64,000 bases of DNA from Paraspadella gotoi (taxonomy: Eukaryota > Animalia > Chaetognatha), in NCBI GenBank assembly GCA_051294375.1, contig CM119269.1, positions 2,083,601 through 2,147,600 of the forward strand, given 5' to 3'. Numbering within the stretch: position 1 is the stretch's first letter; the number at the start of each line of letters is the position of its first letter. Position numbers and translations under genes: made by a program. Below, in pieces: positions 1-13,848 of this stretch. The notes beneath the pieces are model-generated. The model was not told the origin of the DNA, did not search any database, and saw only the letters and a list, made by a program, of their open reading frames with translations.

Positions 1-206
1 GGAAGCGGTTCGCCGCCAATCTCGCCAACGTCAAGAAATACGCCCTCGAGAAGATGAGGTGGGCGTGGCTGAGTATAGATGGTAGAATTGGTAGAGAGGT
101 GGTTGGGTGGTTGGGTGGTTGGGTCAACTGTTTGTGTCGATTTTTTGTCCCAATTTTTGTCCTCTATTTGGAGGTTCGTTTCTCTCTCTGTCTCTCTCTC
201 TCTCTG

Positions 207-265
<59 letters not shown>

Positions 266-369
266 GTTAATTCATACAGTTCATCGTTTTCTGAACGAAT
301 TCGTTTAGGTTCTTCCGCGACGTCGAAGATCGAGATGAACACCTCAACAACCTTCTTAATTTACCGAAG
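1..369 (+). CDS. Two spliced exons (1-58, 309-369) of an unidentified gene entering from the left edge
   Basis: GT donors at 59 and 370 and an AG acceptor at 307-308 join in frame to KRFAANLANVKKYALEKMR|FFRDVEDRDEHLNNLLNLPK with coding-like codon usage. No family recognised; a link to the chitin synthase gene is not established. Confidence 0.45.
181..265. repeat. (CT)n/(GA)n microsatellite, representative of many (619-715, 1528-1671, 6180-6260, 13801-13845, 25246-25490, 30166-30262, 56841-56990, 61950-62010)
   Basis: Direct inspection; these generate the spurious SLSL/ERER ORFs. Confidence 0.95.
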
Positions 370-613
370 GTGAGACTTTTGTTTTTTTTTTTTGTTTTTT
401 TGGCGACATCTAAGCGTCGAAATATTTGCTGACCTTTCGAAGGATCGAGACTCGGTAGGGAAAACAAGGGGTCGTCGATCGAGTCGTTTCAAACGCGCGA
501 ATGGAACCAACAAAAGACGGTCTAATTTTAAGACAACCATTACAATTACTTTTCTTAGTTCTCCAAATATTTTAAGAAAGTTAAAAAAAGTTGTGGTCGC
601 GAGGTTGACGTTG

Positions 614-700
<87 letters not shown>

Positions 701-1038
701 AGAGAGAGGAGAGACGATGGATAAAGAGTCCATCAACTGACTCTCCAAAATATCTACAGTCGTTGGCTGAAAATCTGGTAAAAAGTCGGAAAGGATGAAT
801 GAAAAAAAAGGACAAAAACGAATCCAGTGCCAAAAGAGCAAAGAAGCAAAAAAGCAAAAAAAAAAATGTTTTCTTCCCTTTTTGTATCTTTGCGATTAAG
901 ATTTTTTTTTCTCTGGAGTTTTAGAACCTTACGTCGTTTGAGTCTCAAATATTTTTTGGAGAAATGTAAAAATTAATATACAATGACCTAGAAACCCATT
1001 TTACAAAACGAAATAAATATCCAAACGGCGCCGTTTGC

Positions 1039-1520
1039 TTGAAAATGCGCGCCAAGCGTCAGCGTCCGCGATTAAACTTGATGAAACCGGCGTCGACGCC
1101 AACGTCCAGTCCTGGGGACGAACCGGCGTCCTCGGCGTCGCGGCGACAAGACGAGGAGCCCCGCAGCGAAACGTCCTTTTCTGATTCTTCGTCGTCGTCG
1201 TTTTCGCCGCAAAATGGCGCCGGTGCGTTGCCGCCAAGCGACGAAGCCGTTGACGTCCCCGACGCTGACGCCGCCGAAAGCTCCAAACTCTGGCGATGGA
1301 ATTCGGCGTCGGGATTCGAACGGAAGTGGCGCTCGACAATGGAGACGCTCGTGGAAATGTCGAGCAGCGTCTCTTCGCGGGAATCGAGGAAAAAGTCGAC
1401 GACGACGACGAAAAGGACGATGATGACGAAAAAATCGAGCGGGAATAATTTGAATATGGGAAGGAGTGGCGATGTTGATGATGTAAGAAATGCTGGACGC
1501 AATGAGAAAATCGAAACCAA
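1039..1520. other. GC-rich coding-like island, strand and frame unresolved
   Basis: Long open frames on both strands (1039+ and 1059-1520 minus) and exon-like composition, but no recognisable motif or clear splice partner. Confidence 0.25.
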
Positions 1521-1554
1521 TTGTTTACTCTCTCTCTCATCTCTCCTCTCCTCT

Positions 1555-1653
<99 letters not shown>

Positions 1654-1673
1654 CTCTCTTCTCTCTCTCTCAG

Positions 1674-3849
1674 CCGTCCCAGAGACTACGTTCCCAAATA
1701 CGGAGATTACCTGGAGCGGCCCCTCACAGTTACGCCCCCCTCTTCGGTCTCGGACATGGACTCCACGCCCCCACACGATGGAAAGGGGCCGCCGCCAGGC
1801 CAACAGATAGGTTTCGAAGGTGAGAGTGACTGCGGTTAAACAACAATAATTACTAATTAATTAGTAATGATTTATATAAAAAAAAACCTATAACTCTAAG
1901 GAAGAAAACAAACTAACGACAGCTAATATTAATTCACAAACTATTTTGAAATGATTGTTACGGTTCCAAAATTGCGCAATCTTACGTGGGCGGAATACTA
2001 TGGGTGCAATTCTATGTGGGCGCAATGCTACGTGGGTGCAATTCTTGGGGCGCAATTTTATGGGCCCAATAATACGTGGGCCCAATCCTGCGACTACCGA
2101 TTGTTACCGATAATTGGAGATCTCATTTTATATGGCGAATAGTAAACTAAAAACTTACCCTTTCGCTCTCCCTCACCGCAGGTTTGGGCATCCACGTCCA
2201 GCCGGGTCAGCCTCTCGGTCTCTACGACGTCGGCGCCATGGGAAAGGGCGCCAAGATCGGGCTTCACGACGGCAGCGGCGCCGCCACGAATTCGCTGCCG
2301 CGCGACGCCATCGTCGAAGGACCGAAGGACATGTTCCCGTAAGTTTAATAATGACAAAGGTAATGACTATGACGATGACATTCTGTAAAAGATCATGACA
2401 AATGCAATAACGACAATGACGATGACATTCTGTANNNNNNNNNNNNNNNNNNNNNNNNNNNNNNNNNNNNNNNNNNNNNNNNNNNNNNNNNNNNNNNNNN
2501 NNNNNNNNNNNNNNNNNNNNNNNNNNNNNNNNNNNNNNNNNNNNNNNNNNNNNNNNNNNNNNNNNNNNNNNNNNNNNNNNNNNNNNNNNNNNNNNNNNNN
2601 NNNNNNNNNNNNNNNNNNNNNNNNNNNNNNNNNNNNNNNNNNNNNNNNNNNNNNNNNNNNNNNNNNNNNNNNNNNNNNNNNNNNNNNNNNNNNNNNNNNN
2701 NNNNNNNNNNNNNNNNNNNNNNNNNNNNNNNNNNNNNNNNNNNNNNNNNNNNNNNNNNNNNNNNNNNNNNNNNNNNNNNNNNNNNNNNNNNNNNNNNNNN
2801 NNNATGACGATGACATTCTGTAAAAGATAATGACAAATGCAATGACGATGACACTCTGTAAAAGATAATGACGCCTCCCCCGCGAACAGATCCAAGTCCC
2901 TGGAGTCGTGGGACATCTCGCGCCAATTCCCCCACGACCGCTACGCCTACCGCGACGCCAAGCGATCCCTCTTCGATCGCGCCATGAGGTTCGTCAAGTT
3001 GACGACCTACTTGTGGTTGGCCTTCTTCTGCCTGGCATGCACGTGCCTCTCCAAACTCTCGCTGCTCGTCATGACGACGTCGCTCTCCAAAAAGGGACTG
3101 GTGAGACTGGGTGGGCGGTGGAGGGGAAAGGGTGGGAGGGATTTTTGTGTGATGGGTGGTCGCTTGTGTTTCATATCCTTTGAGTGAAACGGACACAAAA
3201 TAGACTCTATTTGTCTAGAAATTTAAAACTTATTATTTTGTTTTTTTTCGTCTTCCAGACCGAAACCTCGCGGGACGTTTGGGTCTACATGCTGATGGGC
3301 GTCATCTGCATTCCCTACTTGCTCCAGTTCATCGAGTCTTTCTGCAAAGCTCTCTTCGGCAACAAAGTCTGGCCGACCTTCAGTACGATGCTCGTGGTAA
3401 GTAAGTTCCATACGACGCCGTCGCTCGTGGTAGCCGAGCCGAAAGACCGAGCTACCGAGCTACCAAGCGTTTGGGCTTTGGCTCTTCCTCACGGAAATGC
3501 TTCTTTTTTTTATTTTGAGCAGTTTTTTAAGTCTATGTTGACTCAGTAGTGCCCTCGTGCTGACGTCAGTGATCCCCGAGCCGAGTTCTCTTTGTCAGCA
3601 ATTTTGAATTGATAGCGTGGGTGGGTTAGGTGGGTTGGTGGGTGGGTTAGGTGGGTGGGTGGGTGTGTCAGACATTGGTTGGTTGGGTTGCAGGGAATCA
3701 ATTTGTATGTAGAACATCTAACTCCTAAAGTTTTTTTTTTTCAAATGGGAAGTTACTATTCCCTGACTGTTATTAGGAATTAAAATCGAAGTTGGTTTCG
3801 CAGTGATTCAAGAGNNNNNNNNNNNNNNNNNNNNNNNNNTCTCATCAGT

Positions 3850-3884
<35 letters not shown>

Positions 3885-6190
3885 CTCTCTCTCTCTCTCC
3901 CTCTCTTTCTTCTCTCTCTCAGCGTCCCAGAGACACGTTCCCAAATACGGAGATTACTGGAGCCGGGCCCTCACGTTAGCGCCCACTCTCTCGGTCTCGG
4001 ACATGGACTCACACGCCCCCACCGATGGAAAGGGGCCAGCCGCCAGAGCCAACAGATAGGTATTCGAGGTGAGAGTACTGCGGTTAACAACAATAATGTA
4101 CTAAATTAATTAAGTAATGATTTATATAAAAAACCTATAAACTCGTAACGTGAAGAAAAACAAACTAACGACAGCGAATATTAATTCACAAACTATTCTT
4201 GAAATGATCTGTTACGTTCACAATTGCGACATCTAACGTGGGCGGAATACTGATGGCGTAGCAATTCTATGTGGGCGCAATGCTCCGTGGTGTGCAATTC
4301 TGGGGAGCAATTATATGGGCCCAATAATTACGTGGGCCCCAATCTCCGACAATACCGAACTTGTTACCGATAATTGGAGATCTCATTTTAATATATGGCG
4401 AATAGTAAACTACAAACTTACCCTTCGCTCTCCCTCACCGAGGTCTTGGGCATCCAGTCCAGCGGGGTCAAGTCCTCTCGGCTCTACGGACGTCGGCGCA
4501 TGGGAAAGGGCGCCAACGATCGGGGCTTCACGACGGCAGCAGGGCGCGCACGAACTTCGCTGCGCGCCCTCGCCGACGCCATCGCTCGAAGGAACCGAAG
4601 ACATTCCGTAAGTTTAATAATGACAAAGGTATGCTATGACCGATGAATTCAAAAATCGACAACATGCACTAACGCACAATGACGATGACTTCGTAAAGAT
4701 AATGACCAAAATACGATAACGACCAACGACGATGAAGCATTCTGTAAAAAGATAATGACAAAATGCACTACGACAATGCGGACATTCTGATAAAAGATAA
4801 TGACAAAGTGCATAAACGACAATGACTTATGACATTCTGTAAAAAAAGCATAACTGACAAATACGAATAAGACATGCGAGTGACATTTCTGTAAGAAGAT
4901 AATGACATAATACAATAACGACAATGACATGACATTCTGTAAAGATAAGGGACAAATGCAATAACGACAATGGAACGATGAATTCTGTAAAAAGATAATG
5001 ACAAATGCAATGACGATGACACTCTGTAAGATAATGACGCCTCCCGCGAACAGATCCAAGCCCTGGGAGTCTGGAGACATGCTCCGCGCCATTGCCCCAC
5101 GAGCGCTACGCTACCGCGACGCCAAGCGATCCCTTTCGAGGTGCGCATGAGGTTCGTAGTTGACGACCTACTGTGGTTGGCTCTTCTGCCTGGATGGCCA
5201 CGGCCTCTCCAAACCTCTCGCTTCGCTCGTCATGGACGACGGTCGCTCTCCAAAAAGGACTGCAATTGAGACTGGGGAGTGGCGGCGGGGGTGGGCGGGG
5301 GTGAGGCGGTGAGGGGGGGAGGGACGGGTGGAGGGTTTTTGTGTGATGGGTGGTCGCTTGTGTTTCATATCTATTAGTGAAAGGACAACAAAAATAGACT
5401 CTATGTTCTAGAAATTTAACACTTATTATTTTTTGTTTATGTTCGTTTTCCAGACGAACCGATCGCGGACGTTTGGTGATCTACCATGCTGAATGGGACG
5501 TCCATCTGCATTCCCTACTTGCTCCAGTTCATCGGTCTTCTGCAGCTCTCTTCGCAAAGCAAAGTCTGGCGACCTCAGTACGTAATGCTCGTGGGTAAGT
5601 AACGTTCCATACAGACGCCGTCGCTCGTGGTAGCCGCAGCCGAAAGACCGAGCCTACCGAGGCTACCAAGCGTTTGGGCTATTAGGCTCTTACCTCACGA
5701 GAAATGCTTCTTTTTTTATTTGAGCAGAGTTTTTAGTCTGATGTGACTCAGTAGTGCCCTGTGCTGACCGTCAGATGATCCACAGCCGAGTTCTCTTTGT
5801 CAGGCAAATATTTGCAATTAGATGCGTGGGTGGTTAGGTGGGTTAGGTGGGTGGTGTAAGGGCATACAAACAGCCGGCGCAGAAGAAGATAAAATTCATC
5901 ATCTTCGAGTTTCATCGATGCATGCATTACCTGTTCCTTGAGTGGCGTGTGTGTTGTGCAAACATGTGGTTGGGTTGCAGGGAATCAATTTGTATAGAAA
6001 CACATAACTTCCTAAAGTTTTTTTTTTTCAAGATGGACAGTGACTGCTCTTTTCCTCTGACTGTTGATTAGGAAATTAAAAAATCGAAGGGTTGTCGCAG
6101 TGATTCAAGAGAAAGTCATTATAGTTGTCCACGCGTTAACGTTTAAAATGAACAACACCCTATAAGCTCGCTACACGGGCGAGAGAGAGG

Positions 6191-6232
<42 letters not shown>

Positions 6233-9200
6233 CAGAGAGAAGAAGCGAGGAGAGGAGAGACGAAGTTTGTCTTTTCATTGTCCAAAAAAAAAAGTGATGG
6301 CAGAATCAGAATTTTAAGGAAAGTTAATTCTCTTCTTCTTTTCCTCCTTTCATCGCCCTTAGATTATTTGCTCAAAAGTCCGTCGACTTTTCCTTTTCGT
6401 CTGACGTCGTTTAGCCAATCAGAGATGAAAAGACAAAAATTCATTATCCAATCAGAGACCTTCGGCTTGAACCCGACGACGTCACGATTTTTCTTTTGTC
6501 CGGAATNNNNNNNNNNNNNNNNNNNNNNNNNNNNNNNNNNNNNNNNNNNNNNNNNNNNNNNNNNNNNNNNNNNNNNNNNNNNNNNNNNNNNNNNNNNNNN
6601 NNNNNNNNNNNNNNNNNNNNNNNNNNNNNNNNNNNNNNNNNNNNNNNNNNNNNNNNNNNNNNNNNNNNNNNNNNNNNNNNNNNNNNNNNNNNNNNNNNNN
6701 NNNNNNNNNNNNNNNNTATTAACTAACGCAAACTCATTGCGACATACGAGCCACGAATGAAAATTTAAACAAATCCCGACATTAAATTAAACTTTCTTCA
6801 CGTTCAAAACATAAAATATTATAAAATATCATTCCTCAATACTCCCCCCCCCACCTCTAAGATCCTGTTCATCGAGACGGCCCAGACTTTCGGCCTCTGC
6901 CTCTTCCTCTTCAAAGTCCTCCCAGCCTGCGACGTCGTCCGCGCTCTTCTTCTCATGAACGCCGTCTGCCTCGTTCCGGGAGTCATGAAGCTGCTGCTCA
7001 CCAACAGGACCGCCTCCAAGCGGACGGTGAGTGGGATGGAGAGAAACAAACAAACAAACAAACAAATAAAGAAGAAAGGAAAAAAAAAAGAAATTCAGAA
7101 AATTTTGAAGAAAGATTGCTACGTCCAATGTCGCTGCTGAATGCTTAGTCTGAAAGGATAATAATCTTTTTACTCGTTTATTAATTGTGCGTAAAGAATC
7201 CAGATTGTCGTACATTAGTAGAAGTATATACGAGAAATAAGAACGGTAATTCCAATGTATTGCGCCGCAGTGACTTTATTTTCGCATTTGATCACATGAT
7301 ATGACATGACATGATTAAAAAACTTTTTTGCCCGTGTATTTATTACATGCATTGCATCAAAATTCCATCTTTTATTCCTTATAGTTTTAGGAATTCCTGA
7401 AGGCGGCGCAGGCAGTCCCTTAGATTTGATGTTTTTTTCTGTCTTAACAAATGAACAGCATTTTTTACGTAAATGGGACAGACCGACAGACCGACCGACC
7501 GACCGAAAAGTTACTCGAGTTACCGAGTACTCGCGGCGCAACTAAAAATGTTATATTTACCGGCCCGCGCCCCTGTTTGAACTACTCCCCAATCTACTAA
7601 CGAATCATCCCAGGGCTGCGGGTTCCTCGTCGACATCGTCGCCGTGCTCATGCAATGCACCGTCTTCGCCGTCCTCTGGTTCACTCGCTACGCGGCTCAC
7701 GAGGTCAACCCCAACGAAACCGGAAACGACGCCGCCGTCGGAGGAGACGCTGCAGCTCGACGCGACGCTAACGCGACCGACGGCGGGAAGACGGGGCTGG
7801 ACATCCTCGTTGAGGTGCGGCGCTTTGGATGGATTCTCGAAAAAAACTTATTTGCATGTTGCAGCAGTTCATTTTATAGTAATTTTTCTCATCCAGACAC
7901 GCTGAGTGATTCATTTTTCAGGTTAAAACGTTCAATTTTATAATATATTTAATCTCACGGTGACCACCTAATTTCCTACTTTCCCCCCAAAACCCTCGCC
8001 TTGATTTCCCCTTCTTCCCTCAGGGCAACATCTACGAGAACATCGACCTGACCTGGGCGACTCCGCTCAGCCTCGTTCTCATCTCCCTCGGCTGGTGGGA
8101 GAACTTCGCCGATCAGGACATTCACATCTGCGGGAGGCTCTCCATTCCCCTCAACTCCTTCAGGAAAACAATGAACTCCGTCAGGATCAAAGTCTACGCC
8201 TTCGCGAGTCTTTGGAAGATTGGTGAGTGCAGAAAGGCTGCGAGTGGATGGAAGTAAGTTCGACGAGTTCGTATCTCGGTCCAACATCGTTTTGCCTTTT
8301 GTTTTTTTTTTCTTTCTTTTTTAATAATTCCTGATCGTTTTTATTTCTCTTTTTCTTTTCTTTCTTTTCTTTTTCTTTTCTTTTTTTTTTTCTTTTCTTT
8401 TTTTCTTTTCTTTTCTTTTCTTTCCTTTTTCTTTTTACACACTCTTTGTAAACTCCGCTCTTCTTTATTTACATAATCTTTTGTTTTCCTATTTCTGATT
8501 TTAAAAAATGCCGTATTAATAATTAGACATTCATTTTCAAGAAGAAAAACAATCAATTCAGTCATTTTTAATTTTTACAAATCAACCGAAGTATTTAAAA
8601 TCCTTTAAAATTCTCCTCATGTAAATCTGGCAGTCGCGGTGGTACGATTTGAATTCGAAGCTTGGAGTTAGATCCCCTTTCTGTAAATTAATTAAAATTA
8701 ATTTATTTTTGAAACTCTCTTTTAGCCCCTTTTAAGTATTTCAAAATCGCCGTACTTTTTGTGAGCAATGTAAGCCAACGTAAACTTACATTATTGTAAA
8801 TCCCCCGCCCTCCCCACCCAAGTCGCTACTAACGTCAGAAAAAGATTCGTCGTTTTTTTCGAGTTTGAATTCCTCGCAGCGACTCCATCGTCGGTGGAGG
8901 TAATCGACAATCGGCTGCGGGTCCATCGCTTTGTCGTGACAGTGTAAACCTGAACGAAAAATGGCACCGAATTCACTGGAAGAGACGTTTCAAAACGAAA
9001 GAGATTGAAATTTGTATTGACCTTTCATGAGAACAACGTCGACAGATTCGATCGGATGTTGACGCCAGGCGTTCTCGTTCTCTTCAAGGGAAAAAAGAAA
9101 AGAAAAGAAAAGAAAAGAAAAGAAAAGAAAAGAAAAGAAAAGAAAAGAAAAGAAAAGAAAAGAAAAGAATAGAGAAGAGAAGAAAAGAAAAAAGATAAAA

Positions 9201-10548
9201 GAAAAGAAAAGAAAAAAGAAAATAAAAAAGAGAAAAGAAGAGAAAAGAGCGGGGTTCGTAAAGGAAAACACAGGACAAAAAAAGAAAATAAAATAAATTC
9301 AGCTTAGAACCGCTGACGCGAAAAGAGGAAATCAGCCCTCGACGCCTTCGTCCCTCACCGGCGTCGTGGTCTTGGTCCCCGTCCACGTGGGTAAAAAATA
9401 ACGACAAATTCGGCGTCCACCTTTTCGCGTTGTTGACGTCGATCCTCGCTTTTAGTTTCTGCAGAAGCAAACGCGATATTTATTAATTGACCTTCTGAAA
9501 GACAGACATGCAAGCAAACAAACGAATACAATACATCTCCGCATAAATAATGCCCCTAATTCGTTTTCGTGATTCCCAAGGCCGAAGACAAAATATTCCT
9601 CCGTCCCTTGAGGCATTTATTTATTTCTTATTTTTTTCACCTTCAATCCTTTAAACTTAAGCAGATCGTCCACTTCCTTTAAATTAATGATAACGTGAAG
9701 CTCTTCCAGAATCTGGCCGAGACCATTCGCCAGAGTATCGAGAAACTGCTTCGTTACAGGATAACCCCAAAGAAACGCCAATTTCTTCAAACTCGTGAAT
9801 TCTAAAAATAAATGACCACCGTGAGTGTCTGACGGATGGACTGACGGACTAACAGACAAACAGACAATCAATGCTAACTCCGAAAACCAACGCGAGATGT
9901 TTAAGCCGATATCGTATTCGTATTCCTCTCTAATATATTTCTGGCTGTAGATGAAGAGGCCTTGAAGCGAATCTCGACGGGAAGCAAGCAAGGCCTCGAT
10001 CAAAGGCTCCACCTCCCCCCTGAAAGCCGCGAATGCAAAGGAACGGAGATTCGTGGCTGAAAAGTGGGAGGGGCCGTTGGCGGAGGAAGAACTGTATAAG
10101 CGGTGGTTATAGAAATAACATTCAAAGCAATATTTTTAGTTTGCGGTTGTAGCAACCATTCGGATATGGCTGTGGACAATTGGACATACCCGGACTGGAC
10201 ATACCCGCCTGCAGAACCTACACTAAGATACTTTGGAAGTTAAAAAACTAGATTGAGTGAGATTTTTGATTCAACGCTTGTAGGATCCTACCATGTAAGA
10301 TATTTTAAGAGGGATGTAAACCTACGTGGCCTTTCCAAAGTCAGGGGCATCATAGCTTATTACCTTATAAATAAACTGGATAAATTTTGCTTTGCTCGTG
10401 TGCAAGTCCACACTAGTCCATTAGTCCACACTAGTCCACACTAGTACCAATTTCATAAACTCACCCTTTTCAATGGAGTCCATGAATTCAGGAATAGCGA
10501 ATCTATCTGGGAAGACTGATTTTCGCACTTTCAGTACCTTAAATATAA

Positions 10549-10607
<59 letters not shown>

Positions 10608-13600
10608 ATATATAAATATATAAATAAATAAATAAATAAATAAGTTAATTAGTTAATTGCAACATCCCTCGTGACAAAAGAAAAAAATGAGGTAAATACT
10701 CGTCAAACCTCGAGATTCGGCGCCGCAACGACCAAGTTGCGAAGCGTCAACAGCAAAGGCCTGCAATACCATAAGGTAAGGTTTCGAAGGTGAGGCAGCG
10801 CAACGGGTTCATCGGACGGAAAGGAAGCGGCGAGGTTTCGTAAACGCTCAAGATTTTCGGCGAAGGTGGTAACATCCACGTGACGATATAAGTCGGGCGA
10901 AAGCAAGTCGCCGTTCAAGTCGATAGTTTTTTGGTAGAAAAGATTTATGTCGTTTACCACGTCGGGCCTGACGAAAGCATGGGCCAGAAAGGTTTTTTGG
11001 ATAAATGGAATAGAAGAGATCATCTTCGTGTGATTTAAGTCAGTGAATGTTTAGTGATTTAATAGTGAATGTTTTATTGTCAGACCTTGGTTGAATTGAG
11101 TATTGTGAGCGTTTTTATTTGAATGAAGCCAATGTGGTTGTTTAAACTCAGACGATCTATAGCAGCGGTCTAGCACCCGGAATTACCATTCATTTTCATG
11201 CGCTTGTCTCAAGTGATGCATTGGGTCGAATCTCGGCGAGAAAAAAGTCGTGTGGTAGACTCTCACAGACTCGTACGGAGCGAACCCACGCATGAATCGC
11301 GCCAAGCTAACGCTGAGAGAATAAATGAGAGAAGATGAGGAATACGACGTTTTGTGCCAAATCTGCAGAGACACGCGGCATCAGGAAAGGGAAAGAAGCA
11401 GACTCACTGACAAAATTTCTCACAGATAACTCACTTAAGGTGATGATCTTCACAGCCATCGCAGTCATCTCTCCACGTTTTTGTCTCTTCCCCCAAAATC
11501 GCTGAGCGTCTTATCCCGGCAAGACGAAGCCGCTCCACTTCGTCGCGCCACGCGCGGGCGACGCCGGCGATGGCGCCGAGATCCTCGGCGCCGAGATTCC
11601 GGAATATATTCTCGAGGATGTCTCGATTTATGAGGACGGAGGCAGCAAGAGTGTCGCCGCAGGCTGCATTGGATGGCGAAGCGTCCGGATTAAGGTCACT
11701 GACGGCGTGGCGTCGTCGTGGCGTGGCGTCGTTGTGGCGTGGCGTCGTCGTGGCGTGGCGTCGTCGTGGCGTGGCGTCGTCGCCGGAGCCATTATGTTCG
11801 AAACTGTCATTTCTCATTATTTAGGGAGAAAAAAACGAAAAAAATCGATCGGTGGATAAATTGTAAGAAATGCTGTATTTTCTGATTTTATTGGCAGCTT
11901 TCAAAATCATGAGGCGCTACATTTTAAGAAGAGTCAGGGAGAGCAACGGTCATTCACTTGTTTGTGTGTCTGTTTTGTTTTTTCCCGTCCCTTTATATTT
12001 ATATTATAATTATTATTATTATAATTATAACTTGTTTAGTCAGGAGTTGACTCGGAACTCGGATCATCCATAACCGGAAATTCTCTTTCCATTCTCCAGG
12101 AGTGACCCTGGCGTTGTCTTACATGCTGATGCCCGGCATCGCTACAGTCGACGTCATCGAGTTGACGTCGGGTGGCGCCAAAGACGCCGACGGAGAATTT
12201 TCTCTCGATTCCATCGGATTCAAGGGACCGGATTATTATCACTACGGTAAGAATTAGGGTAGAATTGGATCACTATGGTTTTGATCTTTGAGAAATTAGA
12301 TTAAAATTAGCTAAAAAACTACGGAATTGTATTTGCCTCTCGATTTATAAATTTAGTGCTATTCTTTTTATAATTACTGTTGGATATAACTAACAGCGTA
12401 ACCCCCTTTAAAAATTCTCTCACAGACTACGATTACGACTACTCTAACTTTCCCGCCGCCGGCGACGCCGCCGCCGCCGCCGCCGCCGCAATCCCAACGC
12501 CAGGAGAGCGGCGCCTTCGCCGCCAAGCGCCGCCCGTCGACCACAACCTTCTCTACGAGGATTACCCTGGCGCGGGCGCTTACGATCCGGAGGTGGATCC
12601 TCGCGTCAACGCCACTGCGGATCCGCAGATTCTCTTCAAGTCGTCCTGGACGCACTACGCGCCCTTTCTGGTCCAGATCTTCAGTACCGTCCTAGCCTAC
12701 TTCTTCGGACGCCTGGCCTGCAAGTTGTGCATGCAGCGGTTCTCCTTCGCCTTCCCGCTCACGGCCGCGACGCCCCTCTGCATCCTCGTCATTCTCGTCA
12801 TTTCGCCCACGCAGCTTTACAACTCAGTCATGGTGTTTCTGCACGATCCAAATCCTCAAGGCGACGGAGAACCGTGAGTTTTTTGAGGTTTTTTTAATAA
12901 ACTTTTTTTTTTAATTTTTTTTAATTTAAATTGTATTTTTCTTGCTTCATGTATATTGTATATTCCTGCTTGAGAGTCAGTTTGATAACTTGCCAGCTGG
13001 CATTTTTTTCCCTTTCTTAGTTTTTACTCGTTTCTATCCATTTTTCATCTATTTTGTTAGATTTATTATTCTTTTCTTTCTATATATCTTTCTTTCTTTA
13101 TTTATTTCTTTATCTTCTTTTTCCAATCATCTAACAAAGCCAACCGAAAAATCTTTCACAGGCTCATATGGCTTCGCCGACCGCCCGAGACGGTGACAGC
13201 CAACGAATTTTCTTCCTGGTGGGATTTCCCAGGCGGCCTCGCCTGGCAGCTCATCGTCGGCCTGGGATTTTGGTGGATCTCCCAGGCAAAAAACAGTCTT
13301 TGTTGTCGTTTTTTACTTATTTTCTTTTGCTATCAATGTCAAAGTCATAGTCTAAAAAATAATGATTCCTTCAGGTTTGGATCGGATGTCACGTGTGGAA
13401 GAACCAGAACGAACGCCTGGCCAACAGCGAAAAACTGTTCATCAATCCTCTGTACGACGGAGCGTTGATCGAACAGTCGCTGCTGCTCAATCGACGAAGA
13501 GGAGACAAGGTTAATAGAAGTCGACGCCGGCGACTATTCTTTACGGCAATCACTTACCAAATCCCTTACCTTCTTTCTTCTCAGATCGAGCTGCCCGAAA

Positions 13601-13802
13601 AGCCTCACCTGGCTAAGTCGGAGGTGTCGTTGGCCTCGAGCAGTCGTCTCTCCGAGGACACGACTGAAGAAGACGACGTCAAGAACGACGACGACGACGC
13701 AGTCACCACCATCTATTCTTGCGCCACCATGTGGCACGAAAACGAAAACGAGATGATTCAGATGCTCAAGTCGATTTTTAGGTGATTGGGAAGATTCCTT
13801 CT

Positions 13803-13848
<46 letters not shown>

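Noticed and set aside
54-948. ORFs rich in SLSL/ERER (also 25002-25676, 30031-30526, 56671-57066 in part)
   Set aside because: Translations of (CT)n/(GA)n microsatellites.
1-1819. N-terminal myosin motor domain fused to CHS (as in some lophotrochozoan CHS)
   Set aside because: No myosin motifs are visible, and I could not link the exons at 1-369 (phase-0 donor) to the exon at 1674 (phase-2 acceptor); cannot be decided from this window.
3840-6110. Apparent CHS pseudogene or alternative 5' exon set
   Set aside because: Uniform dense 1-nt indels across exons and introns, next to N-gaps, look like an unpolished long read rather than evolutionary decay.
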